A DNA stretch of 64,000 nt from Octopus bimaculoides (GCF_001194135.2 NC_068990.1:61376888-61440887), one strand, 5' to 3'; positions 38,251 through 51,961 are shown, counted from the first letter of the stretch. Program-made: numbers and translations. The notes: generated by a model from the sequence alone, not told the origin.

Positions 38251-38680
38251 AAAAGAACCCCCTTCTACCTCTCTACCTACAATGAAATGGATGATCTGCT
38301 GAAGATGGTATAGTCTATATGATATGGGCTAAGACTGAAAAATATGTCACAGTGAAAACCTGCAGTATATAAATGAAAGGTTAAATTAAGAGTGAAACTA
38401 TAAATTCATTAGTGAACATGACATTTAAAGTTCAGCAGTTTAAGGTTAATGCAACTTTAACAGGGACTGTAATTGCAAAATATGGCATTGACCATAAACT
38501 TAATTTAAATGATTCAGGGTAAGGAATGTAGAATAAGAAGTAAATTTCAAACATGAAGAGATTGTAACAGTGTTTCAATTTCATGTTGAAGACATTTCAG
38601 AATAGCATTTGATGTATCTTGAAGACAGTTCATTTCCTTCCCACTGTTTATGACTTTTTATAAAATTTCATGGCTTTTAA

Positions 38681-38901
38681 CTCTTTGACATTCAGATTAC
38701 TCTATCAAATGTAATGTTTATATATTCATATTGTTTTGAATTAATCATGTATTATCTCAGAGCTTCAGGATTTCGATGATGTTATTGTTTATTTTTATAA
38801 TGACATTGTAGGGAAGGTGTGAGAGACCTGATCTGGCCTTTTTGAATATAAAACAGGTAGAATATTTTGGCTGGATATCGCCAGTTTAAATGTTAAAGGG
38901 G
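38681..38901 (-). mobile_element. piggyBac-like MITE with TTAA on both sides
   Basis: TTAA-CTCTTTGACATT ... AATGTTAAAGGGG-TTAA. Confidence 0.85.
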
Positions 38902-39069
38902 TTAAACCCTTTAGAAATTACTCTTATCCACTGGGTTACTGATATATCATCATTATAATCTTTAATTTTGAAATAAAAGGCTTCTGATTTGAATTCTGTC
39001 CCTTGTTATATGCATATAAAAAAATAGGACATCTGATGACTATTGGAGGCATCACTGATCAAAGTATAG

Positions 39070-39293
39070 GATAAAGACCTCCTTCGGTCAAGAATGACTA
39101 TAGGATTTCACCTTGAAAGTTCCCCTCCAAACAATGATACAGCTTGGCACCAGTGATGTTGCAACTCATTTCTACAGATGAGTGAACTAGAACAACATGA
39201 AATAAACACAACACACAGCCTGGTCTGGGAATCGAACTCACTACTTCATGACTGTGAACCCGATGCTCTGACCACTGAGCCATGTGCCTTCAC
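39070..39293 (-). mobile_element. SINE family C
   Basis: Minus strand reads TGAAGGCACATGGCTCAGTGGTCAGAGC...GAGTTCGATTCC. Confidence 0.85.
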
Positions 39294-39414
39294 ATAATCA
39301 AAGTACTGCACTGCTGTAAATATTAATTAAAATGTTTAAACTCTTTAAAGATGAAGTTAATACTTTGAAAATAATTATCTTATTAAATTCTTATATAGGA
39401 AGTGAGGCTAGAAA

Positions 39415-39864
39415 AATTGGGAGTAGTGGAGACAGTCAATTATATCAACCCCAGTATTTAACTGGTATTCTATCAACCCTGGAAAGATGAATGGCAAAGT
39501 TGACGTTGGTATGGATTTGCACTCCGAATGTAGAAAACTGAAAGAAAAAGTAAGTGCATGTATTCTGTGGTATGTGAGACAAATATTTAATATTTAAATG
39601 AGGTTATGGGATGTCTCGGAATACCTGCTTTATTAGTTGTATTATTTAGATTTGATCAGTGTGTTTGGACATGGATAAAAATTTTGTATGCACTTGCTGT
39701 GTCATTTTGAAGGAAAGTGGGGAAAGTGAATTACATTTACCCCAGTGCCCAACTGGTACTGATTTTATCAACCCCAAAAGGATGAAAGGTAAAAATCAAC
39801 CTTGGCAGCATTTAAGCTCAGAACATAAATAGCTGGCAGAAATGTTAAGTATTTTGTCCATTCG

Positions 39865-39909
<45 letters not shown>

Positions 39910-40150
39910 CATTTATCGTCTTCATCATCATTTAACGTCCATTTTCCATGCTGGCATGGGTTGAATGGCTTGACAGGAACTGGTAAGGCCAAGGGTTGCA
40001 CCAGGTTCCATAGGCTGTTTTGGCTTGGTTTCTACAGCTGGATTCATTTCCTAATGCCATCCACTTTACAAAGTGTGCTGGGGGATTTTTTTAGGTGGTA
40101 CCGAAGCTTTTTGTATAGGGCACCAGCACCCACACCATGTAGCACCTGCC
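39415..40150 (-). mobile_element. two SINE D fragments (39415-39545, 39715-39865) and an RTE 3'-UTR tail (39865-40150)
   Basis: ACCCCAGT...AACTGGTA, GAAAGG..AAAGT.AAC and TTTAACGTCCATTTTCCATGCTGGCATGGG motifs. Confidence 0.8.
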
Positions 40151-40234
40151 AGCTCTTAGAACATGAGACATATTTTCTATGGAAAAAAATAAATTTTAAA
40201 ATCTTATGAATGAAAAGTTAGAAAATTGTATAAA

Positions 40235-40278
<44 letters not shown>

Positions 40279-40288
40279 NNNNNNNNNN

Positions 40289-40321
<33 letters not shown>

Positions 40322-40504
40322 TTAATAATAATAATGGTCACATAATAATAATGATGACAACAACAACAACAACAACAACAATAATAATGTCATTGTTTAA
40401 TCCAAGTCAGTTCTGATTGATTAGATATTCTACTTAAACAAAAAAAACCTTCAGCCTGATTTCAAGAATATATTGTCTAAAACAAATCCTTTCTTTGTTT
40501 AGAA

Positions 40505-40702
40505 CAGCAGTTGTCGATCAAGGCTCTCAGGGCTGCATGCATCCTTCATGCATTTTTCTGACAGCCCCCAATGGTTTTCCCTTTATAAATATAATAAATT
40601 TATATTTAATTGACTTGCGCTTTACTTTTTATGGCACGGGTCCCCTAAAACAGATCCTGGCTTTGGAACTACCCTGGATATTAAAAATATTGAGAACCAC
40701 TG
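40505..40702. mobile_element. hAT-type MITE, 198 bp
   Basis: TIRs CAGCAGTTGTCGA / TTGAGAACCACTG; 8-bp TSD GTTTAGAA / GTTTAGAG. Confidence 0.78.
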
Positions 40703-41359
40703 GTTTAGAGTGTTAGTTGAGAAATGAATTGCTGCTTTCTCAAGCAATTCAAGTGATTGCATAGAGATTCCGTTGTTGACCCACATTTATAAATGATTGG
40801 AATCTCTAGTTAACTTATGATTTTTAGAATTTAAGTTGAGCCAATTTTGGTTGGTGCTAAAATGTGTAACTATTCTGAAAAGCTTATTTTCAAGTCTAGT
40901 GTTATCATTATCAATACTGAATGGAATAGGCTCCAATAAACTCTAAAAGATATAAGAAATACTTACCAAAGGAGACTACTGACTACTGTTTTGTAGAAAC
41001 AAAAATAAAATTAAAAAATAGATTTAAAAAAATAAATCGATTAATCAACTAATTATAATTTACATATAGAGTGGTTTGAAGAAAAGTTGTATGCAAATTA
41101 GTGTTCAATTATTTATTTATATTTTTACTAGTTCAAAGAGGTGATTATATGAAACCTAAAACAAAAAATAAAATTAATAGTATAATATAGTAATAAGGAA
41201 AAAAAGAGAAAGAAAATATAATGAATTTTTTCACTAGGCATAAAGCCCCCTTTTTTGTTTGGACAGAAAAGATAATCACTTGCACTGGGATCAGTGTGTT
41301 GTTTCTGTTTAATTGCATTTGAAATGATTGGATGTAAAAGTTTACTTTAATGGCATTTG

Positions 41360-41364
41360 AACAT

Positions 41365-41411
<47 letters not shown>

Positions 41412-41534
41412 CACATACACACACTCACATACACACACACATACATACACATAAGCACACACACATACACACAAACTCTCACACACACTCACACACATGC
41501 TCTCTCATACACACAAACTCACATACACACACAT

Positions 41535-41572
<38 letters not shown>

Positions 41573-41672
41573 GCTCGCACAAATACACACAGACACACAC
41601 ACAGGCTCACACAGACGCACACAGACACACAGACACACACAGCACACAGAACACATACATACACACACACAG
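41360..41672. repeat. degenerate (CA)n block
   Basis: Seen directly. Confidence 0.97.
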
Positions 41673-41980
41673 CCTAGATACTGTGTCACAGTGGCTCCCA
41701 AACTTTTTCCCATCAACTTATATATTTAAACCCTTCACTCCCTATGCAGCATAGGCCATCAGCAATTCTTTTCTGCTGTTCTGAACTATGGGCTATCTTC
41801 TCTGCTTCTCTCCAGTTGGATCCCTACTTCTTTAGCTCTGTTTCAGTCAATATTCTGCCTCCAGCTATTTTGAAGGTACTCTACCCTCTCTTCTGGGTTC
41901 TAAGTCAGAACCTGACAAATAATGCAGGATGTTGATTTCCTTTTGGACTTCATTGAACCACATCATATATATCCCTAAGG

Positions 41981-42661
41981 CAAGGGTTGATAAACTAGGG
42001 TAAATTACCCCAAGTGGGGTAAAAATGGGGTAACGAGGACTCATTAAACATAGGTAAAATTATATAAAATTATATAAAAATCATGTTCTTTGTTATAGCA
42101 GAAATTTTTCTTCTGGCAACACTGCATCTGTCTAATGTAATGGACATGTTTGGGAGTCATCACCCCAGTTTGAACTACAAACAATTTGGTTGCTAAGGCG
42201 TTGTGTAACGACTAAACATTATTTGTCAGTTGTCTATTACCTGCCTTAACCTTATTTTTTGACACACGCATTTTTGCTTTTTTAAGTAGATTTAAGTAGT
42301 TATTCAGTTCAACTCTTTAATGAAATTGACTGGACCCTGAAGACTGTATCTAAATTGCTCTGGCATCAAAATGCTCTAATTTTGATGTAATTGTAACCAA
42401 AATGAAACTATCATTTCTCCAAAACCTGAAGTGAAAAAGTTTCTAGAAAAATTCTTTTGTTTCATAATGAGGATATTAATTTTTTTGTCGTGTTTGTTCT
42501 ATACTTTTTATATTTATAATTGTATTCTCCATATAAACAGATGCAATGAGCCTTTTGAATTCAAAGAATCTATGAATTTCTCCCTTTTGAATCAAGGGGG
42601 TAATGTCGGTGTAAATAAATATATTTTAGAGTAATTGGTTAAAAAAGTTCCTTGACCCTTG
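41981..42661. mobile_element. non-autonomous hAT element, 681 bp
   Basis: TIRs CAAGGGTTGATAAACT / AGTTCCTTGACCCTTG; TSD CCCTAAGG / CCCTAAGT; subterminal GGGGTAA motifs. Confidence 0.82.
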
Positions 42662-43084
42662 CCCTAAGTGAAAGCCCTCCCCTCCCAGGTCTTGTTGGTT
42701 TTAAATTATCTTTGATGTTTCTTGAAACTTAGCTTTTTTTTTCTAGGTAGGGGTGCTGACCCTACACAAACCATTTTTATTTCTTGGAAATGGTGGCCCA
42801 TATAAGTCTGGCCTTTGTCCTTTAGCCTGTCCAATACAAGAGACCTTATCAAGAACATGTGTTCCATTAGCATAACAAGTAGGATTATTGAGGCATGTAA
42901 GCCACTAAATCATTATATGACTGGAAAAAAACCCACCAGACCATGTGGTCCATCATACAGTGGGACTGAACCTGGAACTATGTGGTTGGGAAGCGATCTT
43001 CTCAACCCACAACCACACCTACATTTGTATCATATCCATTCTGAAAAAACATTATTCGTTAAAGTACAGGTTACAGATTTGGGG

Positions 43085-43280
43085 TTAACGCCAGCAGTTT
43101 TGGTATAAGGGTAAGTTGATTACATCAACCCCAGTAATCAACTGGTACTTATTTTATTAATCCTGATAGGATGAAAGGCAGAAGTCGACCCTGGTGGCAT
43201 TTAAGCTCAGAGTGTAAAGATGGATAAAATGCCTCTAAGCATTTTGCCTGGCATGCTAATGATTCTGCTAGCTCACTGCC
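43085..43280 (-). mobile_element. SINE family D
   Basis: Reverse complement of the D head and body. Confidence 0.8.
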
Positions 43281-43596
43281 ATATTATCAGCTGAAATGTT
43301 ATTAGTTATTGTTCTGTTGAGAGTTAAGATATAATGGGAATACTGATTTGCCATATAATTGTAGAACACCTTTTTCTTTTTCAGTTGCCCAAGCATCCTG
43401 ACAGGAAAAATAACAAAACAAAACAAAAAAAAAAACTGAGTTTTCTCTGTTACCATGTGTCAGATGTTGGAGACCCATGACAAGGGTGAGATACTATTCA
43501 ATATATACCAGCATGTTATGATGCTTGTATTAAAATTGATCTTGTATTTTTACTTGCGCAAGTCATTGAGCACTTCACACACATAGTCTTGTTTTA

Positions 43597-43975
43597 CTCT
43601 TTACTCTTTTACTTGTTTCAGTCATTTGACTGCGGCCATGCTGGAGCAGCACCACCTTTAGTCGGGCAAATCGACCCCAGGACTTATTGTTTGTAAGCCT
43701 AGTACTTATTCTATCGGTTTCTTATGCCAAACTGCTAAGTTACGGGGACATAAACACCCCAGCATCGGTTGTCAAGCGATGTTGGGGGGGGGGACAAACA
43801 CAGACATACAAACATATACACACACATACATATATATATACATATATATGACAGGCTTCTTTCAGTTTCCGTCTACCAAATCCACTCACAAGGCCTTGGT
43901 TGGCCCAAGGCTATAGTAGAAGACACTTGCCCAAGGTGCCACGCAGTGGGACTGAACCCAGAACCATGTGGTTCG
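43597..43975 (-). mobile_element. SINE family B, near full length
   Basis: Colinear with 57823-58210. Confidence 0.92.
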
Positions 43976-44034
43976 CATACACTTAAAATAGTTCTCAGGG
44001 AGATTACGCATAGCACGGAATATGACAAAGCTGA

Positions 44035-44190
44035 CCCTTTGAAGTACTACTCACTTTTTGCCATCTGAGAGGACTGGAATAATATGAAATAAAGTGTCTT
44101 GCTGAAGGATACAACATACCACCAGCAATTGAACTCACAACCTTATGATCATGAAGTGAATATCTAACCACTATGTGACATGCCTACACC
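44035..44190 (-). mobile_element. SINE family C-like 5' part
   Basis: GAAATAAAGTGTCTTGCT...GAACTCACAACC...CTAACCACT. Confidence 0.65.
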
Positions 44191-44417
44191 ACAAGAAGAA
44201 GCATTGATGTAACCAATGGATGAGCTGTTAAGGGGCTGTGCAACACATTCAGAATGATAACCAGCATTCTTGTCATCATTGCCTGAGAGGACCCTAAATT
44301 GGCTTAAGAACTCTATAATGTTTGTTTGCAACCCAAACATGTTATATTTCAAAGTGTTCAGGGGACATACTAAACATTATGTAGTGATCACAGCATATCA
44401 TATTTACCCTCTTTTAT

Positions 44418-44620
44418 TCTTTAGCATTTAAACCGGGCATATCCATCCAAAATATTCTACCAGTTTTATGTTCAAGCTGACCAGACCCAGGATCTCTTGG
44501 GAAAATTAACAATCACAACATCGAAGTCTTGAAGCCACAAGATAATGTATGTTTAATTCAGAACTATGTGAATAACTAAGCATTACATTTGATAGATTAA
44601 TCTGAATGCTAAAGGGTTAA
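44418..44620 (+). mobile_element. piggyBac-like MITE
   Basis: TCTTTAGCATT ... AATGCTAAAGGG-TTAA. Confidence 0.82.
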
Positions 44621-44691
44621 AGCTGGAGATTAACTAAAGAAAGAAAGAAAGAAAGAAAGGAAGAAAGAAAGATAAAAGAAAGAAAGAATGT

Positions 44692-44723
<32 letters not shown>

Positions 44724-46265
44724 GAAATCCAAAATTTAATTCAATACTAAAAAAATGATTTCTCCCTAGAAAGTTGTTTACCAGAAGTTTCTGAAGCAGT
44801 CAACAGCCTCAACCTTTATTAGGTTTAGTATTACTTGCAGTTCAGTTGCCATTTATAAAATATGTGTCACAATGTTAATTTCAGATATATGATGTGAATA
44901 TGAGTTCAAAATAGAAATCTTTATAGCAACAGAAACAAACAATAGAATTCACTGGTATTTATTTATTATAGACAATAACGGTGCAAAATTATTTGAAATT
45001 GTTCGTATCAGACAGTGCTCCATGAAAGGACATAACTAACTGCTTTCCTGGGAAATGTACTGGAACTTCCAGGATGGTTACTAGTGAGATCCTTAATGAA
45101 TATTGAATCCAAAGCACCCCCCCCCCCCAAAAAAAAAGTACCCCAAAGATTTTCAAATTGATTTTTAACCATTCTGATGATAAATAGTTTCATTTTAATT
45201 AAGGATTAAATTGGATTGTCATTACTGTTGATGTTCTGATCTCTAAGCAGATCCATTGGTTCTGATTGGTTAATTAAGATTTTCAATAAATGTAAATCCA
45301 CCCAATAATATTGTGAGAATTATCTGTGACCTAAAAGGAATAAATATACCAGTAATTGCATTGTGGTTGCATTTGACAAACCACACAATTTCTGTTACTT
45401 GTCTTTTCTGAGCTATGTAATTAAAAAAGTATATTGATTCTTCTGAAAAGATAATTACCTGTTTGTCATAGATTTTTCTTTTCTTTTTTACATAATATAT
45501 ATATATATTATATATTTTTTGGTGTTGATTTAAATGTGTTATCCAAGTTAGATCAAGACCTTGCATTTCTATCTGTAAACAATGTATTATTAACAATGAT
45601 TGGAGATCTTCAACCAAAGCCCAAAATGAAGTCATACAATAATCAATAATCCAGTCCTCTTTAAGCATCACTTTCTACCCTTGGGCTATTGATTGGTAAA
45701 CAATCTCATTTTTATACATCTTTAAATCAATACTGCTTCAACTAGTGCTTGTCTGTGCTACTCTACTTACTGTTTCTACATCACATCCTGCTTATGTTCA
45801 AACCATTCTTTACACGGCTTACAAGACTCACTCCTTTTCGTTCAAGTATGACATTAATTTTGATTATGTCTCAGACATTTTCAGGATAATATTTTTTAAA
45901 CTGAAATCTCCTTCCAAAAGTTGAAATGTTGGCATTTGTAGATGTTTACACTTCAAGTAGACCTCTAAAGTACTCAATTATATGCAATGAATGGGTGTCT
46001 CCTTCCAAGGTGATACAAATGTACAAAATAGGAAATTTGACTAACTACAATGAGTGAAGATGAATTAATGTCCAATACCATTCTTCTTCCCTCTAGCATA
46101 TTCTATTGCTACCCTGATCCTAATTATCAGCATTATCTCATTTCCCAAACCACTAATTGCTTAAAGTTCTATTCGGCCAATCAAGAAATATATTTTCAAG
46201 GAAATAAAATTTCTTGAGAGATTTTAATAAATTAGTCATAATTTCTGTCAATACGGAAGCTTGTT

Positions 46266-46297
46266 CAGCTGTCATCAGTACAAACTGATGACAGCTG
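46266..46297. other. perfect 14-bp inverted repeat with 4-nt loop
   Basis: CAGCTGTCATCAGT-acaa-ACTGATGACAGCTG. Confidence 0.95.
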
Positions 46298-47354
46298 TTG
46301 AGACCTCAGATCTTCTTGGACTCTGCACTACTGATTTCCTTTGCAAAATCAGGATAACTGTGAACCATCTGAGATATGACCCCTGTGAGGTGGGGTGGCT
46401 GCTATAGTTAGTGTCACTGGCCATTCTCCATGGTAACGCCTTTGCAATCATGTCTACGAGGTGCAGCTAAACATGCCATTTGTTCTAGGGTGTACAACCC
46501 AATACTCCATCTCCCTTCCATCTTCTGCCGTTGAATCCCCACCCCTTTTTCTTTCTTTTTTCATTGTTTCTTTGATGAGGTAGTTATGTTTTCCAGCCTC
46601 AATAATTTGATCGTTTAATGTTTTTTTCTTTTTTTTCCTTGTAAAAATATGTTTTTTATAAAAACAAAGTCATCCAAAAAAAAAAAAAAAAATTACCTTG
46701 CTATCTCTGTATCAGTGCTTTCAAATTATTTAATATAACTAAATGGTAATTAACAGTCTTGAAGTACAAATATCACATTGCTTCTTAACTTTGAGTACCT
46801 TTTGTTTTTAAATATCTAAATTTCAAGTTGATATTTAATACTTTCCTATTATTGTGGAATATAGTTAATATCTTCTGCATTATTATACGAATAATCTCTG
46901 TATCTTATACAAACTAATTTATGTGATCTTTCAGCACAAACTTTACATGGAATACATTGCATAATTCTTTACTATCATTATATAACTAACTCACAGTCTG
47001 TAATATTTATACCTGCGGCTTAATGAACTTCCAGAAACTGTAGGTAGCTATAGTCAAGGTTATTCCTGTCATAACCCTCAATTTCCATATAATATATTAG
47101 TCAAGAGTTTGTCTTTCTTTTATTTGACTATTGAACTACCAGAGGAGATATACAAGTGATAATGCAAATCTATAATTCATTAGACTAATTAGAAGCCTAT
47201 AATACTATTCAAAATTGATTAGGCCTACGAGTAATATATGTTCCTCCAAGCAAAATTCGATAAAGTGGGAGTATTGCTGTATTGCTCTACTGTATCTGAC
47301 TACTCTTGCAATAATTACTAGTTTTCTTTTTTTCTTTCTTTTTTCTTTTTTTTT

Positions 47355-47394
<40 letters not shown>

Positions 47395-47396
47395 TG

Positions 47397-47428
<32 letters not shown>

Positions 47429-47514
47429 TTTTGCTGATTTTGATTTTAATAAATTACATGGCATTTTTTTAATGATTAAAAAGGGAAGCGATCTTCTCAG
47501 GAATATTACTATTT

Positions 47515-47680
47515 TCAGTAAAGTGACAAGCTGGCAGAAACATTAGTACACCAGGTGAAATACTTAGTGGCATTTCATGTCTTGATGTTCTGAGTTCAAA
47601 TTCCACCAAAGTAACCTTTGCATTTCATCCTTTCAGGATGAGTACCGGGGTCAATGTAATTGACTTCATAATTGCTGGAA
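47515..47680 (+). mobile_element. SINE family D, internally deleted
   Basis: AGCTGGCAGAAAC...TTCTGAGTTCAAATTCC. Confidence 0.8.
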
Positions 47681-47944
47681 GGAAAGAAGGCCAAATACTG
47701 AGAAATAATAATTTGTTAAAAGTTTATCATTTTGAAAATTTTAAAAAGATTCAGGTATTTTCAGGTTGATAGTATTTTTCTTAGGGTGTGAACTATACCC
47801 ATGAAAACAATTTTTTGTTCTTCTTTTACTTTTGGATTTCATGTGTTTGCTAACTTCTCTGTTCCAAAACCTGAGCATTTTGTACTTTTCAAGTCAGTAT
47901 AATGCTTTACTTTTTCTTTTTCCTTTCCTTTACTTTGGAGTCAC

Positions 47945-49080
47945 ATAGATGTGCCACATTGATTACTATAGTGTCTGGTCTGTTGTGTTCTATTCTTCTT
48001 TCAGCATGTATGGAAAAGTTTCATAACTTCACTTCATCGTTTTCAAGGAGTTACATTTCTATTCCCATAAAACCAAATTTCTTGCAAAAATTCCAATCAA
48101 TTTTTGCAGCAGTCTAATAACATCTTTAAAATATCTGATAAAATATGAGCTATAGTTTCATCGGAATCATTGCACAATATATATTTGGATGAACAATCTT
48201 ACTGATCTATCACTCACTTGATCCTTTAAGGCCTGTACCTGTGCTGCTAAAATCATTCCTTTGATGACTTTCTTCAATATTCTTTTCTTTAGCCATAGTC
48301 AGCTGTCCTTGTCATCCCTTATCTTGTGATTTTGAAAAACACTGAATGGAACTTCTAATCTTCAAAGTTTAATTCATGTCTGGTAAATTCACCATCATTA
48401 ATTCACCATGGGGAAAAAAGTTCAGTGTACAAATTTTTTTACACAATTTTTCTCTTGATTTATATATTTTCTCGGTAAACTTTCCTCATGGTGAATTGAT
48501 GGCAGTGAACTTACTTGTAATTGGTTTAATTTTCACTTTGTTGCATTTTCTTGTTTCCTCTTTTTTTTTTTTTTTTTGAGATTTACGCATTTTATAAATA
48601 GCTCTCAATTTACTCACTAAGGAGCACTGCTTCTTTTTCTTCTAGATAGTGACCTTGGCTTGTCTTCTCTAGTTCTACTATCTTTTAAACACTCATTAAC
48701 CCTCTTCTGCTTTTTCTCGTTTCCAGTCAAACCAGTCCACACATGCTGCTTGCTTCCTTACTTTCTTGCTAATACTATTCAGTTCATACTTTTTTCATTC
48801 AATAATTCTTGTTTCAGATCTTATTAGAGATACTGCCCTCAAATTGATTCTTGCATGATGTTTCCCACATTCAATTCAGGTTTTAAAATCTTCATTCAGT
48901 GAAAATATTCTTTATTGAGGACTTCTTCCATTTCTATACTTTTAATTTAGTCACTTTTCAGTATTCTCAGATAATTAAGTATTTCTCCTGCTTAATGAAT
49001 TTATATTCTCATCATTTAGTTGATGTGCTCAATCAATTACATTTTATGAATTTTTTCTAGCACATTTCTTGATTCCAAAA
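47945..49080 (-). mobile_element. old R4/Dong-type retrotransposon ORF remnant (RT end to RLE)
   Basis: Colinear motifs: FGIKKCA, KILKPELNVGN, INLRAVSLIR, RRGLMSV, WLKK..LKK...GMILAAQVQAL, DETIAHILS, LENDEVKL...ERRIEHNRPD. Confidence 0.82.
48383..48514. mobile_element. small MITE with ~35-bp TIRs, inserted in the R4/Dong remnant
   Basis: GTAAATTCACCATCATTAATTCACCATGGGGAAA versus the reverse complement of TTTCCTCATGGTGAATTGATGGCAGTGAACTTAC. Confidence 0.7.
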
Positions 49081-49094
49081 GTCATCACACTCAC

Positions 49095-49255
49095 CATTAT
49101 CATATCTGTTTAACATCCGCTTTCCATACTGGCATGGGTTGTACAATTTTACAGGAGCTGGCCGGGCAGAAGACTATATCAAACTTCTGTGTATGTTTTG
49201 GTACAATTTTTATGGCTGGTTGCTCTTCCCAACACCAATCACCCAGTAGAGTGTC
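49095..49255 (-). mobile_element. RTE 3'-UTR tail
   Basis: TTTAACATCCGCTTTCCATACTGGCATGGGTTG. Confidence 0.75.
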
Positions 49256-49444
49256 ATTACTAAATATTCAAACAGTTTTTATTGTATTAGGTCAGAAAGA
49301 AAGTCCTGTTACATTTTTTGATGGTACTTTTTCAACACTTAGCATTAAAATAAGCGTTAATTTTTTACATTCTCATGTTTTTCTTTTATTGTAGATTACT
49401 TTGTATCATAATGGTTAAATCTGAATCAGTTTTACTCTTTTAAA

Positions 49445-50281
49445 ATGAGTTAGGTCACACTCATATCAGACACTATAAACTGGATGAATTAAAGCAAAAG
49501 ACACTTCAGTAGCAGAACTGGCAAAAGATATTCATTCTGTTTATGAAATTGAAGCTCTAAGTATCTTGACATGCTAACAATAGTTTGGCCAGTTTTGCTT
49601 GGGAAATTTTTCTCTCATAGATTCCCTTTCATCTGGACGATGAAGTTCCATTAATATTGAGCCTCTGAAAGCAATAGTTGAGTAAAATCCAAAGCAAACT
49701 GCCTGGCAAATGGTAAGGCAATTCAATTCAAGTCATACTTCAATCCTAAAACACCTTCCTGAACTAAGAAATGTGTTTAAATCTAGTCAGTAGATCCCTC
49801 AACATTTTATTGATTCTCTACTTAATCAAAGAGTTAACCTTTGTTCATCATTGAAGAGTAAACTTGCTATTGAAACTTTCCTGAGTAGAATCACCAGAAG
49901 TGATGAAAAATGAGTTCTCTATAGTAATATTCAAGGAAAAGGGCAATAGTTAGCACCTAATGAGAAAGAAAAATCCATCCTCAATTCAGGGCTATATCTG
50001 AAAATAGTTGTCTGCTGTTGGTGGAATAGGAAGGTGGGGTCTCTAATGTGAAAAAGTATTGTAGTCAATTGGAAGCACTGCACAAAAATTATCAAAGAAA
50101 GCACTCGTCTTTGGTTAGTCGTAAAAGGGTATTGTTCTTATATGATAATACAAGACTGCATATTACCCAAGTCAATCAGGAAAAGATTATGGCATTAGTT
50201 ATGGAAGTTTTATCTCATCCTCATTATTCTCCTGTTTTTACTCCAAGTGACAATCATCTTTTCCGATCATTGCAATGTTAA
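49445..50281 (+). pseudogene. mariner (DD34D) transposase pseudogene with internal deletion
   Basis: HIRH N-terminus, SDEK*VLYSN, LFLYDNTRLH...HPHYSPVFTPSDNHLFRSLQ; 34 residues counted between the second and third D; many stops. Confidence 0.9.
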
Positions 50282-50294
50282 TTAGAAAGGAAGT

Positions 50295-50480
50295 AATCAT
50301 CATTGCTTAACATCCGCTTTCTATGCTGGCATGGGTTGGATTGTTTGGCATGGAGCTAGCTAGCAGGGAGCTGTCCAGATTCCAACTGTCTGTTGTGACA
50401 TGGTTTCTACTGCTGGATGCCCTTCCTAATGTGAACCATTTAATAGAGTATTCTGAGTGCTTTTACATTCCACCAGCATG
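50295..50480 (-). mobile_element. RTE 3'-UTR tail
   Basis: TTAACATCCGCTTTCTATGCTGGCATGGGTTGG...GCTGGATGCCCTTCCTAATG. Confidence 0.8.
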
Positions 50481-50864
50481 GGTGCATTAACAGGTGCATT
50501 AACACAGGTGCATTAACACAGTACTGGAAACAGATTATTAATTTTGAAGAGGTTAAATATGCTTTTGAGTGTATCGTTGTTTTGCAACGTAAAGAATTTT
50601 ATGCCCAAGAGATCAGCCATTTGCCAAGTAGATGCGATTATATCAACAATAATGAGGGGAAATATTATCTTAATTAAATCTCCTTTGGGGACATGTTTTG
50701 GCACATTTCCACCATCATCTCTCTCACTATCACTCTCTTTGTCTTACTTTCCAATTCACTCTACTTTTTTTTCTAATTGGGGTATCCATGTATCTACTCT
50801 ACAGCAAGACACCTATATCTGTCTCCTCTATACCTTAAACCTCTAAACTAGCACAAAGACACCC

Positions 50865-51215
50865 CCTCTCAATAATACTCCTCCCTCTCAGCTGAAGGAT
50901 TTTTGTTTTGTAAGGTACTTAATGACCCTGTTGGTATTGGTGCTACTGGTTCTGGTGTGACATAAAAACTACTGATGCTGGTGCCACATAAAAAGCACTG
51001 GACCTGGTACCATATAAAAAGCACTGGACCTAATGTCACATAAAAAAAAAAACACCTGGTATGCTCTGTGAAGTGGTTGGCATCAGGAAGAATATCCAGC
51101 TGTAGAAACCATGCTAAAACAGAATATAGAACATGAGTGACCCTGGCCTAGCCAGTTTCTATTAAACTATCTGACTCACTCCAGTAAGGAAAATGAACGT
51201 TAAATGATGATGAAT
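50865..51215 (+). mobile_element. RTE 3'-UTR tail with an expanded internal tandem unit
   Basis: Repeated GGTGCCACATAAAAAGCACT-like units; ends AACGTTAAATGATGATGA. Confidence 0.8.
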
Positions 51216-51961
51216 TAACACCAAAGAAGCATTTTTTTTTTTTTTCCCCAGCTTGAAATGTGACAGAACTTTTCTTTCCAACCTAATTGATTCAATATAT
51301 AATAGATGGTCATTGGCTCTTTTGAAGTCACCTGCCCTTTCACAGATTTGGTCTTCTCTCCTGCTGGGTGATCAAATATAGAATTTAAAAAAAAAAAAAC
51401 CAATAATATCATCCTCCTCACTCTGTAAACTTGTCAGGGTTGCTGCTTTGGTCACTTACAGTTCGATTGCTTTGTTCCTTTCATTAATTCATCATTGTCC
51501 TCACTCCCCAGTGAGTTGATACCATTGCTCATCATTAAAATCATTATTTTTAGAAAAATTGGTGAAGGTTTGAAGCCATAATTTTAAATGTAGAGACAAT
51601 TATCATCATTATCATCATCATCATCATCACCACTAACACCACCACCNNNNNNNNNNNNNNNNNNNNNNNNNNNNNNNNNNNNNNNNNNNNNNNNNNNNNN
51701 NNNNNNNNNNNNNNNNNNNNNNNNNNNNNNNNNNNNNNNNNNNNNNNNNNNNNNNNNNNNNNNNNNNNNNNNNNNNNNNNNNNNNNNNNNNNNNNNNNNN
51801 NNNNNNNNNNNNNNNNNNNNNNNNNNNNNNNNNNNNNNNNNNNNNNNNNNNNNNNNNNNNNNNNNNNNNNNNNNNNNNNNNNNNNNNNNNNNNNNNNNNN
51901 NNNNNNNNNNNNNNNNNNNNNNNNNNNNNNNNNNNNNNNNNNNNNNNNNNNNNNNNNNNNN

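Noticed and set aside
45270-45671. 133-aa ORF and other non-repeat ORFs in the track
   Set aside because: No recognisable domain, low-complexity composition, and no convincing splice framework.
46425-46440. RFX X-box-like CCATGGTAAC
   Set aside because: Only one half-site matches and there is no supporting promoter or gene context.
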